A stretch of 64,000 nt of DNA from a virus: positions 64,001 through 128,000 of the IMG/VR virus record IMGVR_UViG_3300022752_003639, one strand, 5' to 3'. The notes under the pieces are model-generated. The model searched no databases. It was given only the letters and a program-made list of their open reading frames with translations, and was not told the DNA's origin. Positions within the stretch are counted from its first letter, which is position 1; each line of letters starts with the position of its first letter. The position numbers and the translations under genes were made by a program. This document shows positions 36,054 through 45,429 of the stretch, one piece after another.

Positions 36054-36934
36054 TGTCAGAAAGATCATATCTAAACTTACTAAAAGATATCTTAGAAAAT
36101 GGCGAACATAGACAAGATAGAACAGGCGTAGGTACAATAAGTAAATTTGGCGGGCAATTAGAATTCAATTTACAATTAGGATTCCCTGCTATAACTACAA
36201 AAAAACTTGCATGGAAATCAGTTGTATCTGAATTATTATGGTTTATTGAAGGTAGCGGAGATGAATTTAGGCTTAGAGAAATTCTACATGGTACTAGATA
36301 TGCTGATAAGAAAACAATTTGGTCTGATAATGCCGCGGCATCTTATTGGACTTCTAAAAGAGTTGCAAGACATCCGGGTGATCTAGGTCGCATATATGGA
36401 GTGCAGTGGCGTAGGTGGCGTAAACCTATAATTAGAATTAATAAAGTCGTACTGGCCAATCACGACCAGCTTATTGAACTTGTTGAGTCTCTCAAAAAAG
36501 ATCCATACAGTAGACGTCATATATTGTCTGCTTGGAACCCTGGAGAGCTAGAATTAATGGCTTTACCACCCTGTCATTTACTAGCCCAATTTTATGTGTC
36601 ATCTAATAACGAATTAAGTTGTCATATGTATCAACGTAGTGCAGACATGTTTTTAGGAGTGCCTTTCAATATTGCAAGTTACGCATTATTGACTCATATG
36701 CTTGCTAAAGTTACTGATTTAAATGTAGGGAAACTTATCATATCTTTTGGCGATGTTCACATATATAATAATCATATAGATCAAGTACAAGAACAATTAA
36801 CGAGGACACCGTTAGCATTACCTACGCTAATTTTAAATGAGTCTATAGACGATATAACTAGATTTAGAATGAATGATATAAATCTTGTAGACTATTCAAG
36901 TTACGATGCCATTAAAGCAGAAATGGCTGTTTAA
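36053..36934 (+). CDS. thyA: Thymidylate synthase
   Basis: DRTGVGT, ELLWF, LPPCH, YQRSADMFLGVPFNIASY, GDVHIY. Confidence 0.95.
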   Translation: MSERSYLNLLKDILENGEHRQDRTGVGTISKFGGQLEFNLQLGFPAITTKKLAWKSVVSELLWFIEGSGDEFRLREILHGTRYADKKTIWSDNAAASYWTSKRVARHPGDLGRIYGVQWRRWRKPIIRINKVVLANHDQLIELVESLKKDPYSRRHILSAWNPGELELMALPPCHLLAQFYVSSNNELSCHMYQRSADMFLGVPFNIASYALLTHMLAKVTDLNVGKLIISFGDVHIYNNHIDQVQEQLTRTPLALPTLILNESIDDITRFRMNDINLVDYSSYDAIKAEMAV

Positions 36935-38220
36935 ACCATTATTTCTACTTTACCTCTATCACCTATAAAATCCTGTAGGGCCTTACCAATTACTGCACAA
37001 GGATGATCGCCGTCTTTAGCTGCTTCTGCATAACCTCTTACTGAACTGGTTACTAAAAGTTGCCCTTTGGTTATCGGGCCGATTACTTTGCATGGAACTT
37101 TACCTTTTAAAGCTACAAAAGGATGAGTTTGATTTTCACCAACAGAATCGTTCATTCTATAAGCTGGATTTTTAGATATTACTCCTGCTACAGATGTATT
37201 TGCTCTGATATCTGTTAAGGTAATTTCTTTTTCACCGCCAATTACAACAACCGTACCATACTGATAAACATCATCTGCTTCATATCTTTCTGCTAGATCA
37301 GCATATAAGGCACTACTTGCTATGGTACTTAAAACTCTGGTTACCGGATTATATTGTAACCCGGTATTTGCATATACAACTGCTGAACTTGTACTTGTAC
37401 TCAAAAACGGTACAAACCAATTTTTATTATTCGCTCCTGCTGCCGAAGATATTTCTGTATAACCCATGCTTGAAGCATATGTAGCTGTTGCGGCTGTTAG
37501 AGCATATAGGGATTCCGCTGCTGTTCCCCACAAGTACGTGCTTGTAGATAATCCTGTAATTTCTTTTCTTGTAGAACCTGTAGCAGGATCAGCTCCTAGT
37601 AATGTAATACCCCTTACTAATCTCTTTGTTATAGGATACAAAGGATATTCAGATGGGTTTTGAACTGATTCAGATTGTGGTAAATTATATGTATCTGCAG
37701 AGACTATGGCTATACTTTCTTCCGCACTTCCAATCACAGCCTTAAGATTATAGATAGGTAAGTCAAGAGAACTTACATTATATTCAAAATCTCCATGCCA
37801 TTGCGCTCTTGTATCGGAACCAATAGGAGGACCAACTGTTATATAATCATTTCCATCATATATGTTTAGTTGTTTTTTTGTTGTATTAAACCACAAGTCG
37901 CCTTGAACAGGTGATTTTGTAGACGTAGGAATATTTGTTTCAGAGCTAGATTCTAAATTAGCGACACCTTTCCAATGCAGACTATCGTATGCATAAAACT
38001 TTTTCTCAGTTACATTGAAATAAAGTTGTCCTTCGATAGGTTTAGCAGGAGCTGTGGTATTTGCAAAATTCTCTAATAATTTTAAAAAATTTTCGTTTTG
38101 ATATTCACCATAGCCTGCAAAATTTTTGCCTACAAAAAGTAAATCTGTAGTTTGATCTAAACTTGCATCCTGTACAGTAACTAAAATTGTTCCATTTGTT
38201 TTATTAAGAATATATGGCAT
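36931..38220 (-). CDS. Tail fibre/baseplate protein with C-terminal autocleaving-chaperone-like (peptidase G2-like) domain
   Basis: Shared N-domain VGKNFAGYGE..NENFLKLLENFA; C-terminal ADLAERY..GTVV..GVIS..VALKGKVPCKV. Confidence 0.65.
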   Translation of the reverse strand: MPYILNKTNGTILVTVQDASLDQTTDLLFVGKNFAGYGEYQNENFLKLLENFANTTAPAKPIEGQLYFNVTEKKFYAYDSLHWKGVANLESSSETNIPTSTKSPVQGDLWFNTTKKQLNIYDGNDYITVGPPIGSDTRAQWHGDFEYNVSSLDLPIYNLKAVIGSAEESIAIVSADTYNLPQSESVQNPSEYPLYPITKRLVRGITLLGADPATGSTRKEITGLSTSTYLWGTAAESLYALTAATATYASSMGYTEISSAAGANNKNWFVPFLSTSTSSAVVYANTGLQYNPVTRVLSTIASSALYADLAERYEADDVYQYGTVVVIGGEKEITLTDIRANTSVAGVISKNPAYRMNDSVGENQTHPFVALKGKVPCKVIGPITKGQLLVTSSVRGYAEAAKDGDHPCAVIGKALQDFIGDRGKVEIMV

Positions 38221-38230
38221 TTTTTAATCC

Positions 38231-39436
38231 TTACACTACTATATTAGTCATAGTGAAATTACCTAAATTAACTCCGACTGTTGTAGCAGTATATATCTCA
38301 TATGGAGCCCATCTTGTAGTTGGTGTGCTAATCACTGTGTAATGCCTTACAGACGTTGTAACTGTGCTTAATGCAAAAACAGATCCTGTACTAATAGTTG
38401 AAATAATAGCATTACTTACTGTCATAACAAACGAAGATACTGTAGAAACTATAGTTTCAGGATATAAACTAACAGGACCTTGTACTATAAGTCCAGGCTG
38501 AATCGCAGTGTTTGTTGAAATTGCTATAGTCGTAGTGCCTGTACTTGAAAATCCTGTAGCTGTAGTAATTGCTACAACATTTTTAAAGTCGCAAACTACT
38601 CTGCAACTTGAACCTAATGGGTATTCTACTGCTCCTGGAGGGAATACCTTGGTTATTGCCGCTGCAATCGCAATATTTGCATTATCGTAATTAATCTTAT
38701 TAGTTAAAGAATTAGCAGATACATTATCAACTTTACCAAATCTTGTAATATCATAATAAGAGCTTTCTTGTCTTGCTCTGGTCAATATATTACTATCATT
38801 TTGGTATATATTACCTCTAATATTAATATCGTTGAATATAGTTAATCCTTTTACTATATTCAACGTTGTGTTAACACTGTAAAATACTGTTCCAGAACTT
38901 GCCTGCAGAGTAAAAGCACTTTCTGATATCATCCCAACATAATTTCCCCTAGTATATAATACACTAGGATAATACTGTTGTGCAGAAACTACATTATCAA
39001 ATATTTTAAATGTGGCTGTAGAAAATCCTATTGTTCCGTCTTGAGGATTGGTACCGGGTCCTACTAACCAAAATTGAGTACCATCATAAGCAAATGTTTG
39101 TTTTGTACTATCGTTAAACCAAAATTCCCCGGTTCCTACATTACTTGGCTCTACTGAATCTACATAAGACCCTAAACTTGAATTCCAACTGGCTCCATCA
39201 TATAATTTCAATCTTCCGGCAACGGTGTCAAACCATAGTTGACCTTGTTGAGGACTTAATGGTTGGGTGTCATCGGCGAAATTTGTTAACAATTTGACAA
39301 AATTATTATTAATATATTCGCCATAATTGTTAACATTTTTGCCAAGAAGATCCAAACTTGTAGTAGTGTTGTCTATTTCACCAACATCTATTACTGTTAG
39401 TACTGAATCACCATTTTTATAAATTACGTAAGCCAT
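38231..39436 (-). CDS. Tail fibre/baseplate paralog
   Basis: LDLLGKNVNNYGE..NNFVKLLTNFA..GQLWFD. Confidence 0.65.
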   Translation of the reverse strand: MAYVIYKNGDSVLTVIDVGEIDNTTTSLDLLGKNVNNYGEYINNNFVKLLTNFADDTQPLSPQQGQLWFDTVAGRLKLYDGASWNSSLGSYVDSVEPSNVGTGEFWFNDSTKQTFAYDGTQFWLVGPGTNPQDGTIGFSTATFKIFDNVVSAQQYYPSVLYTRGNYVGMISESAFTLQASSGTVFYSVNTTLNIVKGLTIFNDINIRGNIYQNDSNILTRARQESSYYDITRFGKVDNVSANSLTNKINYDNANIAIAAAITKVFPPGAVEYPLGSSCRVVCDFKNVVAITTATGFSSTGTTTIAISTNTAIQPGLIVQGPVSLYPETIVSTVSSFVMTVSNAIISTISTGSVFALSTVTTSVRHYTVISTPTTRWAPYEIYTATTVGVNLGNFTMTNIVV

Positions 39437-39440
39437 TATA

Positions 39441-41210
39441 TTAAGTCTTTATAAGATAATAAATCGTTCCTGTAGTCAAACTTAGAGTAAAATTAGGCAC
39501 ACTGAAATTAGCTCCAGACCCGCCATAACGATAACCAAGAATAGAAAATAAATTAAATTGGGCAGATGTAGATGTAGTTTGCCCATTGCATAACAGCCAA
39601 GAAGGCTGACCATCTGATTTAACTAATGTTGGTTGAGTTGTAGTGGTCCAAGGTACAATCATGCCTGTGTTAAAAGAATATTCAGGGGAATCTGAAAGAA
39701 ATTGTCTTTTTGAAGTATTTTGTATTACTGGATTAGCAGTTCCTGTATTAACAACCAATAGTGTCAATGTTCCTGTGGTAGAAGTGGTATAAGTTGTACC
39801 AGTAATTAAAGAAGCATTTGTAGTAGCTGTAAGGACCACACTGGATGTACCATTAAATAACACACTGGTACTTGTAATTACACCATTTATACTAAACGAC
39901 CTTAAAGTTGAAAGTTTCTGCGCAGACTCTACTTCACCATAAATGTATACAGATGTTCCTGTAGTTCCTATTCTACTTACATAAAGTTGATAAAAAGGAG
40001 TACTAGTACTACCTATTACACCAGAACTATTTGTTGCTAGAATATTTTTTGTAGTTATTGTGTTAACTACGGATAAAGAATTACCTACCGTTATACTATT
40101 AGTACTGGTAATGCCTCCAATTATGTTTACATTACCCAACACTTCAATAGCCGTTAATGTACTATTAACATTTACTGTTAAGGTTCCTGAAAAACCTGCT
40201 CCTCCGTTAACGGTTAATGTAGGACTAGCAGCAGATAATTGACTAGCTGTTGAATTAATGCCTACTTTTTTATAAATGCCGTTAAAAGATATATACGAAT
40301 TGGCTTCTATTCCTACTCTAAACAGCTGACTAGTTGCTGTGTAACTAATTATGCCGTAAGTTGGATAAACTTGTAACTTTATTTCGGGGCTTGTTGTATT
40401 TCTTCTAACACTAAATCCGTTGGTTGATTCTACAATGAATGTTCCAGTATGTATTTGTTTACTGGTACTGACAATATTATTTCTTAAAACTTCGTGAGAA
40501 CTGAAAGTTACACCATTGGTTAACTGTAAATTAGATGCCCTAGATGCTAAACCTAGAAAGGCCGCTCCGTTTCTACCGGTTAAGTTTGCTCCAATGCTTA
40601 TGGATCCGAATCCATTAATCACAGATCTCGGTGTAAATTCGTAATTACTTATAATTTCAACAACCTGCCCATCTACCCAATTTAATATAACAGGGTAAAA
40701 TTGTCCGGTGGTACTTTCTAAAACAACATTTTCAGGTCCGGTTTTATTTGCATTGATAGATGTACTAGGTCCCACTATGGTCCATCCCGGACCATTTCTT
40801 ATTTTTACCTGCATATTCTGTGTATCTACCCACATGTCACCTTCTACTATAGACTGTGTATACTGAGTAGCAGGATCAGTTGGTTGAGTGTAAATACCAC
40901 TGGCTACAGGCCATCTATCACTTGTCTGATTTCCATTGTTAACTCTTAAAATATTACGATCGGGGTCACTTGTATCATACCATAACTGTCCTTCAATCGA
41001 ATTTTGAGGAGGATTAGGTCCTGCAAAGTTTTCAACCAATTTAACGAAATTCTGAGCTATGCTTTGCCCATATAAAAGATATCCTGGTCCGACTAAATCT
41101 AAGCTAGTATCGTAATTATTAATTCCGGTTCCGTTATTAGTTCCTATTACTTGGATTGGATTTTTAGTAGGATCTGCAAAAGTTAAAGTATAAATGTACT
41201 GTGTAGGCAT
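39441..41210 (-). CDS. Tail fibre paralog with C-terminal tail-collar domain
   Basis: Same N-domain; GMIVPW..WLLCNGQ..LFSILGYRYGG..FSVPN. Confidence 0.7.
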   Translation of the reverse strand: MPTQYIYTLTFADPTKNPIQVIGTNNGTGINNYDTSLDLVGPGYLLYGQSIAQNFVKLVENFAGPNPPQNSIEGQLWYDTSDPDRNILRVNNGNQTSDRWPVASGIYTQPTDPATQYTQSIVEGDMWVDTQNMQVKIRNGPGWTIVGPSTSINANKTGPENVVLESTTGQFYPVILNWVDGQVVEIISNYEFTPRSVINGFGSISIGANLTGRNGAAFLGLASRASNLQLTNGVTFSSHEVLRNNIVSTSKQIHTGTFIVESTNGFSVRRNTTSPEIKLQVYPTYGIISYTATSQLFRVGIEANSYISFNGIYKKVGINSTASQLSAASPTLTVNGGAGFSGTLTVNVNSTLTAIEVLGNVNIIGGITSTNSITVGNSLSVVNTITTKNILATNSSGVIGSTSTPFYQLYVSRIGTTGTSVYIYGEVESAQKLSTLRSFSINGVITSTSVLFNGTSSVVLTATTNASLITGTTYTTSTTGTLTLLVVNTGTANPVIQNTSKRQFLSDSPEYSFNTGMIVPWTTTTQPTLVKSDGQPSWLLCNGQTTSTSAQFNLFSILGYRYGGSGANFSVPNFTLSLTTGTIYYLIKT

Positions 41211-41211
41211 T

Positions 41212-41871
41212 TTAAATTCCGTTACTTAAACTTTGAATCCTTATGGTGTAATCTACCTGAATTAATCTGTTCAGAGATTTTTGTACAGGATGGAAAATTA
41301 CATGTGTTAACAACAAACCTAAATTAGGACCGCCAGGATCGTAACTGCGAAGCCCTATTTCATCAAAAACATAATCACCTTCTGTAGACGTTGCGGTGTC
41401 AAACGCTTCTTGTCCAAATGGTTCACCAAAGTCTAATAAACAACTTACCAAAACATCACTGTATGCTACCCCTAATATATGCCTTGCCTCCATAAAATTT
41501 CTAGCAGGGTCCGTACTAAATGGGCTTCTAGCATCAACAGCTTTAGAGTAAGTTTGATTATAAAGGGAAGATCCGCTACCTATTGTGTTTGGTGTTAGGT
41601 ATGTTATTATCCCTGTACTATCTACCAATGTACCGCCGTTACCAAAACACATTTCCCCTATGGTGCCTTCTCCCTGATTGGCAATACTTTTAGCTAAAGC
41701 TATGCTAAAATTTTCATAATGAATAGCATTTCTTTTATTAACAAATACTTCTTTGCTAATAGGATCGTAAATTTTCAAATGTCCTTGGAGAGAAATAGGG
41801 CTTGTTTCGTTAGGTTTTGAAACAGGCATTGAAGGTTGAACTTGTTTATTAGGAGGAATGTTTTGATTCAT
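41212..41871 (-). CDS. Hypothetical structural protein
   Basis: 219 aa, within the tail module, late-like motif upstream. Confidence 0.55.
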   Translation of the reverse strand: MNQNIPPNKQVQPSMPVSKPNETSPISLQGHLKIYDPISKEVFVNKRNAIHYENFSIALAKSIANQGEGTIGEMCFGNGGTLVDSTGIITYLTPNTIGSGSSLYNQTYSKAVDARSPFSTDPARNFMEARHILGVAYSDVLVSCLLDFGEPFGQEAFDTATSTEGDYVFDEIGLRSYDPGGPNLGLLLTHVIFHPVQKSLNRLIQVDYTIRIQSLSNGI

Positions 41872-41876
41872 AATGA

Positions 41877-41883
41877 TATTTAT
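41877..41883 (-). promoter_or_regulatory. Late-like promoter ATAAATA
   Basis: 5 nt before ATG 41871. Confidence 0.55.
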
Positions 41884-41897
41884 TAAAAAAAATTCGT

Positions 41898-43556
41898 CTA
41901 CGATTTACCATATCTAAAAATCCTAGCCCTGGGATATACTTGACCCTTAGTAGGTCTATTGCCATAATTTGACACAGGTCCTAGCTGCCCTTGCGTAGGT
42001 CTTTTCGGGTAAAAATATAGATACCTGTTAGTACTTCCTTGTAGACTGGTATAATCACTAGGACCTCCACCTGTATCTGTAATTTGAGATACCTTGGCAT
42101 AATTGGTTATATGAGTTACAGCATCAGTTTGTTTCATTGTAGGCCAATTTTCTGCTAGACAAGCTACAATTCCTGTAACTTGAGGACAGGCTTGAGATGT
42201 TCCAGATCTTTTACCTAGCACAAACGAGCCATTTCTATTATCTGTTACATAGGTATCTACTGTTGAATTAACACTACTTATTATTCTTCTACCAGGAGCA
42301 TATACATCTACCCTAGGACCGCAATTACTAAAATTTGTTTTATACTCAACGACCGTTGAATCTATCGCTCCTACTAACAAAGCGTTTGTTACAGCGGTAA
42401 CAGTACCTCTCATATAATAATAATCTATATTATTTGCACGAAAATAATTATTATAATCATTACTTGCTGTAGCACTGTAATTAGCTATCTTGCTATATGT
42501 ATTACCTGCCGCACCTACTACTATAGCTCCGGCATTCATTAAATCGGTTATGTCTTGTTCAATACTAGCATTTCTTACCATGGTATAAGCAAAATTACCA
42601 TCATTATAGATTCCAAAGTTTGTTAATTGAACGCTAGTAAAGTTACCAACATATTGCGTTCCTTGATATACAACACGAGTTATTGTAGTAATGTTAACAC
42701 TAGTTGTTAAACCAATGCTCATATTAACCACAGTTGGATTTTTTATTCCTGTTATTGGATTAATTTGTTTAGTTTGATGCCATACTTTGACATATTGTAA
42801 AAAATAACTCGTATAACTTGGATTAGTAGAATAGGGGTTTATATTGTAAATGCTTGCATCTCGCGCCCAGCCTTGACTATTACCTGCTGCTATACCTGCT
42901 ACATGACACCCATGGTCATTGTCGTAAGTTCTATCAGGAAATCCATCATTATTGAAATCCCCGTAGGAATTATCAATATATGGAGTGTAAACATAGGTGC
43001 TTACAGGACTTTGAATAACAATAGGGTTAAGATCAAACCAATTGTATTGCACAACTCTTGTACCTCCTGAACCATCTGCATTTACAGCAAACTCTGGATG
43101 AGAAGGGTTAAAATGTCCATCTATAATAACCACATCAACATATTTTCCGCTGGCGGTAACATTAATAGAGCCACTTACGTTTGTAGTGCCATTACTACCC
43201 CAATTAGGTCTAGTTTCTCCCTCAACACATCTTAATAAACCCCAATTTACATGTGTATTGCTTATTGTATTACTTTTATTCCATGTAGAACTATATTGAG
43301 TATACAATGGTCGAAATACTAGATTTTGTTCTTTTATACTTAATTCTACCGCCATTACTCTGGGGTCGTTTCTAACCTGTTCAGCTTCTTCATCTGTTAA
43401 CAAATATGTTGTATTTCTGCTTGTAGGTTGCCTTTCTTGAACTGAAATAATTCTGTTAGGAACATATAATGCGCCACCTTCAGTTTCCATATCTAGATAA
43501 AAATTTTCTAGATCTTCAAAATTATGTAGCGTAACTACATATTCTCTTAAAGACAT
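41898..43556 (-). CDS. Subtilisin-like serine protease (S8)
   Basis: Triad VVIIDG / HGCHVAGIAAG / GTSQACPQV; AAGN oxyanion residue. Confidence 0.9.
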   Translation of the reverse strand: MSLREYVVTLHNFEDLENFYLDMETEGGALYVPNRIISVQERQPTSRNTTYLLTDEEAEQVRNDPRVMAVELSIKEQNLVFRPLYTQYSSTWNKSNTISNTHVNWGLLRCVEGETRPNWGSNGTTNVSGSINVTASGKYVDVVIIDGHFNPSHPEFAVNADGSGGTRVVQYNWFDLNPIVIQSPVSTYVYTPYIDNSYGDFNNDGFPDRTYDNDHGCHVAGIAAGNSQGWARDASIYNINPYSTNPSYTSYFLQYVKVWHQTKQINPITGIKNPTVVNMSIGLTTSVNITTITRVVYQGTQYVGNFTSVQLTNFGIYNDGNFAYTMVRNASIEQDITDLMNAGAIVVGAAGNTYSKIANYSATASNDYNNYFRANNIDYYYMRGTVTAVTNALLVGAIDSTVVEYKTNFSNCGPRVDVYAPGRRIISSVNSTVDTYVTDNRNGSFVLGKRSGTSQACPQVTGIVACLAENWPTMKQTDAVTHITNYAKVSQITDTGGGPSDYTSLQGSTNRYLYFYPKRPTQGQLGPVSNYGNRPTKGQVYPRARIFRYGKS

Positions 43557-43557
43557 C

Positions 43558-45426
43558 TTAGGCTTCCAATCCTAATACTACCAACGACACACTGATAGCA
43601 CTTGAAACTGTATTTTTATTTGTAACTGCTAGGTAAATTGTGTTAGTTGTTAAAGCATCATTATTAAATCCTATAACTCCAGGAGTTATTAATTGTGTTA
43701 ATGACCCAGCAGTTGTGATAACTTCTGCAATGACGCCAGATCCAGGTAATGGATCATTACCCTCAGCTCGTGAACTATCCGATGACCTACTTGTACTATC
43801 AGAGTATATTCTAACCCATGCAGGCACAGAAGTTATAACTTTACTCAATACATAACTTTTATAACCAACTACATGTGTACTAGCAGTTGTGCCTGTGGAT
43901 AAGGAGTTGGTAACGGTAGTAGACGTTGTTCTAAATGTAGCTAATCCTCCCCCGCCTGCAGAGTATGACCACCCTGTGTCAAAACTAGCATTACTTAATT
44001 TTACTAATGCCTGGCCTGCTACACCGCCGCTAGGAACACCTGGGCCAGTTGGACCTGTAACTCCTGCTCCAGTTGGACCTGTTACTCCTTGTGGTCCTTG
44101 TGGTCCAGTTATACCTTGTGGTCCACTTGGTCCTTGAGGACCTGTTACTCCACTAGGACCCCCACTTGGACCTGTTGGACCAATAGGACCAGTAATACCT
44201 TGTGGTCCTGTAACTCCGGGATCGCCTGTGAATCCTCTTGGTCCTTGTGGACCTGTAATACCCATTGGTCCTTGAGGTCCTATAGGTCCACCGCTAGGAC
44301 CGGTAGGACCTAATGGGCCGGTAGGACCTGTTGGTCCGCCTGGATCACCTTTGTTACCTGCCGGTGCAAATATTAATGCCATTGTAGCTGTTGAAGGTAT
44401 AGAACCTGAAATATACTGAACTGGTACTTCAATATGATTAGTTTGAATCGTTGAAGTATCTATTACTTTAAATATATTTGTTACAGTTGTTCCAGTAGAT
44501 AAAGCATTACTAATATACAAAAATCCACGTCCAGTTGGGTTTGTTGAATCATCCCATGCCCCTATCCATGGTGATTGATCTATACCATAGGCATCAGTTT
44601 TATGTATATAAATTACGTTTACATTGGCAATAATATTTGTGCTATATTTTATATTTCCCGATCCAGGATTACCGCTACCAAATAACGGTTGGAAATTATA
44701 AATTACTCCAGACCTTAAACCAATAGTGCCGCTTGGTCCACTAGGTCCACTGGGTCCGCTTGGTCCACTAGGTCCTTGTGGGCCTCCTGCCGGGCCTGTA
44801 GGTCCTGGAGGTCCTGCTGGACCGATATCACTTAATGTTATAATCCCTTGCATTGCAAGAGAATTTTCACTTATATAATATAAAGTATTAGGAGCGTTCA
44901 ACGGTGGAGTGAACACCACCGTACCAGTAGCTGTACCATTATTTGATATACCGGAAGTATAACCATTGAGAACACCAATTGATGCTGTAGTCTTAATCCA
45001 AAAAGGCTGTCCTGGCGCATTCACGTTAAAATAATAAGTAAATCCTCTGATCAAACTTATTGTTGGATCATTATTTCCATTTATTACAAAATCGTTAGTG
45101 GCATTATTTGTTATTGTATAATTAATTCCTCCAAGAGGACCAGTAGGGCCTTGCGGACCTGTAGCACCTGTAGGACCTTGAGGACCTCCTGCTGGACCTG
45201 TGGGCCCCGGTATTCCAGATGGGCCTGAAGGTCCAATAGGTCCTGCTGGTCCAGATGGTCCTTGTGGACCAGTGGTTCCAATGTAACCCATTCCAGTTAA
45301 AGAATTTAAAATTTGATTTCTTACTGTATTGAAACTGACTCTTCTAGTCAGTTGGTTATCTACAACAACAAATGTTGTATTTGTAGATGCTGTAGAAAGT
45401 ATCGTTAATTGGGTAACATTAGGCAT
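43558..45426 (-). CDS. Collagen-like fibre protein
   Basis: Three G-X-Y blocks ([10 protein letters not shown]...) separated by globular segments. Confidence 0.85.
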   Translation of the reverse strand: MPNVTQLTILSTASTNTTFVVVDNQLTRRVSFNTVRNQILNSLTGMGYIGTTGPQGPSGPAGPIGPSGPSGIPGPTGPAGGPQGPTGATGPQGPTGPLGGINYTITNNATNDFVINGNNDPTISLIRGFTYYFNVNAPGQPFWIKTTASIGVLNGYTSGISNNGTATGTVVFTPPLNAPNTLYYISENSLAMQGIITLSDIGPAGPPGPTGPAGGPQGPSGPSGPSGPSGPSGTIGLRSGVIYNFQPLFGSGNPGSGNIKYSTNIIANVNVIYIHKTDAYGIDQSPWIGAWDDSTNPTGRGFLYISNALSTGTTVTNIFKVIDTSTIQTNHIEVPVQYISGSIPSTATMALIFAPAGNKGDPGGPTGPTGPLGPTGPSGGPIGPQGPMGITGPQGPRGFTGDPGVTGPQGITGPIGPTGPSGGPSGVTGPQGPSGPQGITGPQGPQGVTGPTGAGVTGPTGPGVPSGGVAGQALVKLSNASFDTGWSYSAGGGGLATFRTTSTTVTNSLSTGTTASTHVVGYKSYVLSKVITSVPAWVRIYSDSTSRSSDSSRAEGNDPLPGSGVIAEVITTAGSLTQLITPGVIGFNNDALTTNTIYLAVTNKNTVSSAISVSLVVLGLEA

Positions 45427-45429
45427 ACC

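Noticed and set aside
36053-36934. ThyA as dCMP/dUMP hydroxymethylase
   Set aside because: Canonical ThyA motifs with the dUMP-specifying Asn retained
43970-45300. Repetitive GGACC/GGTCC-rich DNA as CRISPR or tandem repeat
   Set aside because: Explained by G-P-X collagen codons; no fixed repeat-spacer period
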